Shown piece by piece: positions 55,720 through 64,000 of a stretch of 64,000 bases of DNA (position 1 is its first letter; each line of letters opens with the position of its first letter). The stretch comes from Octopus vulgaris. Taxonomy: Eukaryota. The notes under the pieces are model-generated. The model worked only from the letters and a program-made list of their open reading frames with translations. It was not told the DNA's origin and did not search any database. A program made the position numbers and the translations under genes. Where the stretch lies: positions 48,608,001 to 48,672,000 of the forward strand of contig OX597824.1 of the NCBI GenBank assembly GCA_951406725.2. The letters run 5' to 3'.

Positions 55720-56075
55720 ATAACACAGATTGAGATGAGGTTCACTACAGCTGTTTCAGACGTGTTCTTTATAAATGCACTAAACGATTACACCATGTGA
55801 AAAAGAAACAGTTTTCTTCAGGTGAATTTAGCAGTTAGGATTTTTCATACAAAGAATATATAATGTATATTGACCAGATTATACTATTTGTGTGAAAAAT
55901 CCTATGTGTTAAATTTTACTCTCAATTCGCATGAAGAAAAAGGTTTTTTTTCTCATGATGTAATTGATTTGTTCCTCAATAAAGAACATGTCTGAAACAA
56001 CTGTAGCAAACCTCATAACATTTGTGTTATTATTTATACTTTACCACGTTACCTTTCCTGAGTTGGATCTTGAGC
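55720..56075. mobile_element. Diverged palindromic element with opposed hammerhead motifs
   Basis: Arms 55720-55865 / 55880-56030. Minus arm TTCAC-CTGAAGA...GAAAC-AGCT-GTA-GTGAA; plus arm TTCGC-ATGAAGA...GAAAC-AACT-GTA-GCAAA. Confidence 0.6.
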
Positions 56076-56114
56076 CTACAGTGGGTCGTGGTAAAAGAAT
56101 ATATATATATATAT

Positions 56115-57467
56115 AAGAAAGTTGGTTTGTGAAAGCACGTGGTTGAATATATAGAAAATAGTAAAAAGTGAAAAAACTACAGGCTTGTTTAAAAAGGTTA
56201 AAAAATATATATTTGAGTCAATATGACTGGAGAATATTATAAATTTTTTTCTTACAATGACATAGAAACAAACATTTTTTACAAAGCCACAGACGCCAAA
56301 CAATACCTTCTTTTTAATTCATGCCACCCAAGACACACTAAAACAAACATCCCCTTCAACCTTGCAAGAAGGATATGCACAATAGTGTCAGAACAAAATA
56401 CCAGGAACTTTAGACTGCAAGAACTCAAAAACACCCTAATTGACAGACATTACCCAGCTCAACTCATAGAAAATGGGATCAGACGTGCAACAGAAATCAA
56501 CATAGAAACTTTAAGAAAAGTTCAACACAACAACACACCTTCCCCGAAAATACTACCTTACATATCTACATACAACCCCAGAAACAAAGACGCCTTCACC
56601 ATCATCACCCAGAATTTACCAATACTTCATAAGGACCCCAAATTAAAGGAAATTCTAAACATACACCAAATCATTAAAAGCTACAAACAACCTAAATCAC
56701 TTAAAAAGATTCTCACAAAGGCAAAATTGTTTTCTGAAATTACGGATGCAAAAGTAAAAAAATGTGGTAGATCGAACTGTGCAACATGTCCAAACCTGCT
56801 AGAAGGATCAGAATTCCTCTTCAAAGAGGGACAGAAATTCAAGATCAAATCTAACTTTACTTGTGCCTCTGAAAACATAATTTATGTCATAAAATGCTCG
56901 GGCTGCCACCAAGACTACGTGGGATCCACGGGACTATCACTCAGACGTAGATGCACACTGCATCGACAACAGATTGCATTCCCAGAATACAGAATGATAC
57001 CTTTTAGTGAGCACATTGAGAAATGCGCAAAGCAACTACTACCACAATTTTTAATCTTTCCATTTTACCAATGTGCTATCGGATCATCAACGCAAATTAG
57101 ACTAAACAAGGAAACATTCTTCATTGAAAAGTACAAGCCCAGACTTAACCATTCCAACATACTGATACAGAGAAATTCACACCAAGGGGAAGGCAAACAA
57201 TTTTAAGCGATTATCTCCCTTACACCGGAAGAAATCACTCATTACCTCCCCTTATTTAGAACTCTTTTAAACATAAACATAACGATAACTCTACTCAACA
57301 TAAACATAACGACGTAAGAAATTTGAAAAGCTAAACGCGAAACCAGTGTTTCTTCTAAACTATGTCATTGTAAGAAAAAAATTTATAATATTCTCCAGAC
57401 ATATTGACTCAAATATATATTTTTTAACCTTTTTAAACAAGCCTTCTGTAGTTTTTTCACTTTTTAC

Positions 57468-57471
<4 letters not shown>
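56115..57471 (+). mobile_element. 5'-truncated Penelope-like element (Neptune-like) with inverted pLTR, flanked by (TA)n
   Basis: ~110-bp inverted repeat 56157-56265 / 57360-57471 around the ORF, with (TA)n on both sides. Confidence 0.85.
56223..57206 (+). CDS. PLE RT C-terminus (thumb) + Zn-finger linker + GIY-YIG endonuclease (5'-truncated, open frame)
   Basis: FYKATDAKQYLLFNSCHPRHTKTNIPFNLARRICTI, CGRSNCATC, TCASENIIYVIKCSGCHQDYVGST..LRRRCTLH, RLNKETFFIEKYKPRLN. The first ~14 codons derive from the inverted repeat, so the ATG is not the native start. Confidence 0.9.
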   Translation: MTGEYYKFFSYNDIETNIFYKATDAKQYLLFNSCHPRHTKTNIPFNLARRICTIVSEQNTRNFRLQELKNTLIDRHYPAQLIENGIRRATEINIETLRKVQHNNTPSPKILPYISTYNPRNKDAFTIITQNLPILHKDPKLKEILNIHQIIKSYKQPKSLKKILTKAKLFSEITDAKVKKCGRSNCATCPNLLEGSEFLFKEGQKFKIKSNFTCASENIIYVIKCSGCHQDYVGSTGLSLRRRCTLHRQQIAFPEYRMIPFSEHIEKCAKQLLPQFLIFPFYQCAIGSSTQIRLNKETFFIEKYKPRLNHSNILIQRNSHQGEGKQF

Positions 57472-57542
<71 letters not shown>

Positions 57543-57860
57543 GGCGCGTGGCTTAGTTGTTAGGGCATTCGACTCAAGATCGTAAGGTCGGGAGTTCAAT
57601 TCCCGGAGACGCGTTGTGTCCTTGAGCAAGACACTTTATTTCACGTTGCTCCAGTCCACTCAGCTGGCAAAACTGAGTAGTACCTTTATTTCAAAGGGCC
57701 AGTTTTGTCACAGTCTGTGTCACGCTGAATCTCCCTGAGAACTACGTTAAGGGTATACGTGTCTGTGAAGTGCTCAGCCTCTTGCACGTTAATTTCACAA
57801 GCAAGCAGTTCCGTTGATCGTATTAGCTGAGACCCTCGTCTTCGTAACCGGCTGAGTGCT

Positions 57861-57900
<40 letters not shown>

Positions 57901-58583
57901 CGGACGTCTTTCAGTTCCCACCTGAAAATCCACTCACAAGGCTTTGGTCGGCTCGAGACAAGGTGTCATGCATTGGGACTGAATATGGAACTATGTGGTT
58001 GGGAAGCAAGCTTATTACCACACAGCCACGCTTGCGCCCATAAATAGATAGATGAGTAAATTATAAAAACTGCTAAAAAGTGAAATTAATAAATGGCCCA
58101 CAGTTATAATACTACCAGCAATAAGAATAACAACAAGAACAGCAACATCAAAAGCATACTACAATGGTTTATTAAGGAAACGTATGACTGATTTATCAAA
58201 CCAAGAGATCATAAAAGCAAAAATACGGAAATGGAAATACAAATAAAAAATGACATAAAATTCAAATGATTCTGAAGCTCAAAGCGAGGCTGAGATTCGC
58301 CCACGTCTCTGATGCACACATATTGTTGTCCAGCTGCCAACCTACAGCTGACATATGTGTCCGTGTGTGTGTGCACATATATGTATGAGGCTGTGTCTAT
58401 ATATGCAGACGCATATATATATACATGCATAAACCTATAGATGTATTAATATGTATATATGCGTACATATATATATGCATATATACATACATACATACGT
58501 ACATACATGTATGTATGCATATACACATACTTCAGTACATACGAACATAGAGACATGCATACACCTATTGATGTATTAATATG

Positions 58584-58622
<39 letters not shown>

Positions 58623-58854
58623 TTATGCATGTAAATGTGTACATACACACATACTTGCATATTATACACCCTTATATACACACACACGAATGAATGTAGA
58701 ATATAAACATAAACATTATTGCATTTGTAGCAGCTACTTGTTTAAGGAATCCCAATAAATTTTCTGTTCATCATCTTAGTAGTGGTGGTGGTGGTGGTGG
58801 TGGTGGTGGTGGTGGTGGTGGTGGTGGTGGTGGTGGTGGTGGTAGTAGTAGTAA

Positions 58855-58900
<46 letters not shown>

Positions 58901-59008
58901 CATCCATTGTTCATAAATGCCATCGCCATCGTCGTCATCACAGATGCCATCGCTTGTCGAAGCTGGTGTTGCTGTTATTGTCAAGTTTGTCATCATTGTT
59001 GTCGTGAT

Positions 59009-59039
<31 letters not shown>

Positions 59040-59829
59040 TTGCTGTCAATATATATTCCTGTGTGAAAAACGGGTGCGGCTTATAATGGGAATGCGGCTT
59101 ATAGTGGAAACACTGGAAAGCACCGGGCACGCAAAACGAACAACTGCGAAATTAATAAACCGAATTTCAATGCCTCACTTTTGCAGTTCGAAACCTGGCC
59201 AGTGGCGACTTAACCTATTCATTCATTTCTTCCGTATATGATGTGTAGCGGTTATTGGCATTGTCGTCCTAGATATAACACTATCCATGAAAACAGTGGG
59301 ATGGTCGTGATTGGAAAACCTTCAATCACAGATTTGCATTCTCTGAGCTGATTTGGAGTTAAACAACAACAGCAACAACAACAACGACGACAACAACAAC
59401 AACAACGACTATATTGCATGTAAAGACTGTGTGTTTACTTCGTACGAATTCATTGACCTCGAAAGCCGAAACGCAAATCGCAGACATATGTTGTGGTGTT
59501 GTAGTTCTCAATTCACAAGAATTGCACCTCTCCGAAATGCTAACGAATTTTCAGGTTTCGAATACTTCAATATAATCCCCGGTCTATTTCAAAAATAAAT
59601 GGGGTTGCAAATTCGCAACAGTCTTAAATTGAAATCAACTCAGTACTAGACAATCATTTGACTAACACAGAAGTGGCACAAGACATCAAGCAACAGTGAA
59701 ATAACCAAACTCTTGGATCAGATGCCATACCAGCATAAATTTACGAGTTCTGGAGGACCAATTCTGCATCAAAATTCGACGAGAGCGTTCTAGTCTATCT
59801 GGCACGATGACAAACTCCCACGGAGATTC

Positions 59830-60390
59830 TGTGATCTTTCAATGATCCACATCCACAAACAGTGGTAGAACAGACAGTTCTGTGATAACTACCATGACAT
59901 CTCCTTACTGTGGGCCCTTGAAACCGAAGTTCTTCCAGTATCTAGTCCTGCATCATGATGGGTGTGATAGGATTTTTAGCACTATGCAATTGCACCCCGT
60001 TCTGCTGTTTCTGTAAGTTTCAATGCCAAAGTTCGGCACAAGTCCTTCCAAGATTTCCAGGTGTACATCACTTCATATCTTTCCTACCATCATTCTAGGG
60101 AATAGAGTCTTAAGTTTTTCAGCCATTCCTAGGAGCTGACATGTCGCATTCAGATTATCTCGTTTGTGTAGATTCGCTGAATTACTTCCAGTTTTGCTGA
60201 AAAGCACACAGAAATATTTGCTGCAAGACCGCTTCAGAAGAAATGCCACGAAGAACACCAAGATCAAAAAACCAGAACTGTTGATCTACCTATGAATTTG
60301 AAACTGTAAATCACGAAGATCTCTGGCAGTTTATAGCTAAGTTTGGCTGTCCACACAAGTTCATTAACACTGCCAAACTGTTTTACAATA
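59830..60390 (+). mobile_element. Degenerate RTE-clade RT fragments
   Basis: CDNYHDISLL, FAARPLQKKCHEEHQD and DLWQFIAKFGCPHKFINTAKLF match RTE RT blocks. Confidence 0.65.
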
Positions 60391-60394
60391 GTTC

Positions 60395-60957
60395 ACGTAA
60401 TCCCTCTCTTTCAGGCATCTCCACAAGAAAAAATCCGGGCTAGTCAAGTCTGGGGAACGTGAAGGCCATTCATAATAGACCTCACACATGGTTCCAGTAA
60501 GATGGTACAATTGCTCATACCGCAAGAGAAGCAATGCAGTTGCTACGGCAGTGCTTTGGAGAGAGCATAATCTCCCACTATGGCAATGTCAACTGGCCTT
60601 CACATTCTTCAGGCTTGACTAGCCCGAATTTTTTCTTGTAGGGATACCTGAAAGAGAGGGTTTATGTCAACAAATCGGATACTTTTGTGCAACTGATGGA
60701 GAACATCAATAAAGAAATCAGAGAAGTGGGGTCTGAAACTCTCGAGGTTGTTATGGCGCAAATTTTGGAAAGAGCACGGGCGTGCAAAGCCGAAAATGGC
60801 TGCCATTTAAGCAATGTCATTTTTCATATGTGATGTAGTAGTGTTGCAAAACTTGACTTGTGCATATTAATTTCCATTATGTCCATTATATTGTATCAAT
60901 TATTTGTAAAGTTAAGGAAGTTATTAAAAATTGAAACCCATCAGTGACTTTTGAGAC

Positions 60958-60962
<5 letters not shown>
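60395..60962 (+). mobile_element. Tc1/mariner (DD37D/Tc3-like) transposase 3' part with terminal sequence
   Basis: WFQ*DGTIAHTAREAMQLLRQCFGESIISHYGNVNWPSHS...FFL*GYLKERVYVNK...ENGCHLSNVIF, ending CTTTTGAGACACCCT. Preceded by an inverted copy of part of itself. Confidence 0.8.
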
Positions 60963-60996
<34 letters not shown>

Positions 60997-61147
60997 ATAT
61001 ATATATATATATATATATAGGCTTGCAGGCCCTTTTCTCCGTCATCTAAAGAGTATTTACCCGATTTTCTAAGGTGTCTTCATGACCATCCTGCGTTCGA
61101 GAATTCCTTTATTTTCCGTAGAATGTGTGTGTGTGTACACATATATA

Positions 61148-61224
<77 letters not shown>

Positions 61225-61508
61225 GATACCTTGTAGTATCTTTTCTGGCACTCTACGTTCTGACAGCATTCCGTGCAACGATACTGGTGCCTAGTCTTTT
61301 CACTATACAACATTGGTGATATAGATATAGAAAACTTAGATGCATGAATCTCGGCTAGTCTCCTACAAAAACTGTATATGGGCCTGCACTTTGGATAGGA
61401 ATACTCCAGGTAAAGAAAGTGAGACTGTTTGTGAGATATAGGAAAGGGACAGCATTTACATGTCTGTGTACGTCTCTGTTTCTTTGTGTGTGTGTGTATG
61501 TACAGGTG

Positions 61509-61588
<80 letters not shown>

Positions 61589-63139
61589 TACAGATAGACA
61601 GGTAGATAGTCAACAGATGAGTTCCATAGATGCTCTATATAGCGTCCTGATGATTTGAACTTATACTCCAAAATCTTTACCGAGGACTAAGTCCGCGGGG
61701 TAAAGAGTGGCTATAAGAGGAATCCAGGTGAGTAGATACGGAGACAATGATGAAAATAAACAAATAAATTGCTTGAGCCAGATATACAATATGTACATAC
61801 ATAATCACATGGAAATAGAGTGAAAACAAAGACTGAAGACATTCAGGCTATGAATATTCATGTGTAAATATACAGATATATACACAGAGTACAAAGACAC
61901 AGAAAATTAAAAGGAGAAGGTATGGTGTGACAGATCCGACAGCTGTTTCTATATATATATATATATTACCTCCTTGCTGTCGGCTTCGCTTTTAATTCTT
62001 CGAAGCTTTGATAGAATAGATACTGGTAACAAAGTAGGATTGATTTTGCGCCAACCCACTGTTGTTACTCTTCAGATTTGCAGCCGTTTCTAGTGAACTG
62101 CAGTTCACTGATTAAATTTTATAAATGGATCAAAGAGCAACAGTGTGTAGTTGTATAATGAACAATGAGCGGATAAGAAAGCTTCTACATATTACTTGAC
62201 AAGCTGAAAATAGCAACCAAACCTTCCTGAGATCACACACTTCAAAAAACAAAATAATCACTGTTCAATCAAGACTGACCATGGGCTAAACAACAACAAT
62301 ACCGACATTGATTTTCGGATATTTTGATGCTCTGTTTCTCAACGTACTAAATATGTACACTTTACCAAAGAAACATTTAAGAGCAGCATTTGGCTGAATA
62401 AAAGACATGCACGGATTAGATTTACTGAGACACTATGTTACATAAAACCTAAAGATCCTTTGTTTGAAAATTACACCGGAATGCTTCAGAAAAAATGAAA
62501 AAATATGACTTTTATTTAGTCAGCTCCTGTGGATCATGAAGCCTTAAGTTGTCGTTTAGTTTATGCTTAAATCAGGCACTGTAAATGACAATAATGGTGC
62601 TCGGTGTATAGTTTAGGTATTGAATGGTATTACATATGCTTGTGGTACCATTGTTACAAATCAGTAAAAATAAAAAGGGAAGGAAAAACACAATATGCGA
62701 TTTACAACTTAGACTAAAATAGTATCATTGATGTATGCTTTACTACAAAAATCAATACCATTGATATATTTCTATATTTACCATTGGCGTCTATTTTTGT
62801 GCAGAAGACATACAATTATTTTTACCACAGAAATACTAAACGGAAACTAAACTTCACACATTCTACTGCTCCATAGATATAGTTTCGTATCACGGTCAAC
62901 AAAATTGCAATCGATTTGTGCTTAACTTACTGTAACGACGTAACCTGTCGCCAGATGGTCGTATTTTACTTCAGTAATAAAGAACATTTTACCAACGACC
63001 AAACGAAGGTGTTTCCATGTCAATGGTGAGGAATTTCTGGCCTATTTCTAAATTTAAAACCACCCACTCTCAAGTTTCTAAAAACCTACATGAAAAGAAC
63101 AAAAATAGTTGTCCTCAAACTGAAAAAGTAATTTCAAAC

Positions 63140-63410
63140 ACAGGGTTGTCAGATAAATTCGTTCGTTTCTTTCCAATGTTACTTGAATTAATACGAAAAT
63201 ATTTTTATCATTGTGTTTTGTCTTTTGTTTTGTTTTTGTTTTTGTTTTTTTCGTTTAGCTTTATTCTTCCTCTACGACTTTTATTTATTGTTTTTGAATA
63301 TTGAATAAATTTTTGCCTCTTTTCAGACATATAATGATGAAGTGCCAAATAGAAAAAAATGAGCAATTTCGATCACTGATTCTCTTCGTTTTCAATCAAG
63401 GTGCCAAAAT
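63140..63410 (+). mobile_element. Mariner 5' end fragment
   Basis: CAGGGTTGTCAGATAAATTCGTTCGTTTC terminus (also at ~6296-6450) and MKCQIEKNEQFRSLILFVFNQG (mariner HTH start). Confidence 0.6.
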
Positions 63411-63740
63411 TGAGCGTAAGAATATTCATGTATAAACATAAAGATATCTACACAGAGTACAAAGAGACATAAAATTAAGAGGAAAAGGCATGTTGGGATA
63501 AATCCGCCAGTTGTTTCTATATATATATTGCCTCCTTGGTGTCGTCTTCGCTTTCATTTAATTCTACTGCAGCCACCATATTCTGACACAGCGCCATCAA
63601 TTCTTTTATCTTTTATCTTTTACATGTTTCAGTCATTAGACTGCGGCCATGCTGGAGCACCGCCTTGAAGAACTTATAAACACGCCAACAAGCGGTGATG
63701 TGGGGACAAACACAGGCACATACACAGATATATACATACA

Positions 63741-63795
<55 letters not shown>

Positions 63796-64000
63796 ATGTA
63801 TATATATATATATATATATATATACATACATAGATACATACATACACACACACACACATATATATATATATATGTATATTTATTTGTATATATATATATA
63901 TATGCGAACGTGCTGGAGTCTTGAAGGGTTTTAGGTGAACAAAGTGACCTCAGGGGCTTATTTTTTCAAACCTAGTACTTATTCTATCGTTCTCTTTTGT

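Overview
Eukaryotic, AT-rich, repeat-saturated intergenic or intronic DNA. The very high density of (TA)n/(TATC)n/(CATA)n/(CA)n microsatellites and the tRNA-derived SINE families suggest a cephalopod, probably Octopus (inference). There is one assembly gap at 9874-9973. No intact host gene is recognisable, and nearly all ORFs in the track are microsatellite read-through. The real coding remnants are all transposon-derived: a Penelope-like (PLE) RT C-terminus plus GIY-YIG endonuclease (56223-57206), a second PLE RT fragment, a Helitron with both termini, Tc1/mariner transposases, Ty3/gypsy PR-RT, RTE, R4/Dong, and Tx1-like ORF1/ORF2 pieces. Five signals stand out. (1) Fold-back (inverted-pLTR) elements at (TA)n tracts carry minimal hammerhead ribozymes (HHRs); in several the inversion junction sits at the ribozyme stem III/cleavage site. 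(2) A TSD-flanked chimera joins a tRNA head to an HHR tail, making it a candidate PLE-mobilised SINE. (3) Two diverged Tx1-like LINE copies are each inserted in (TATC)n at the same phase. (4) Their 3' tail is shared with an ORF1-only element and with composite SINEs that recur with an identical junction. (5) Microsatellite palindromes are centred on (TA)n. All calls were made by eye, without database searches.
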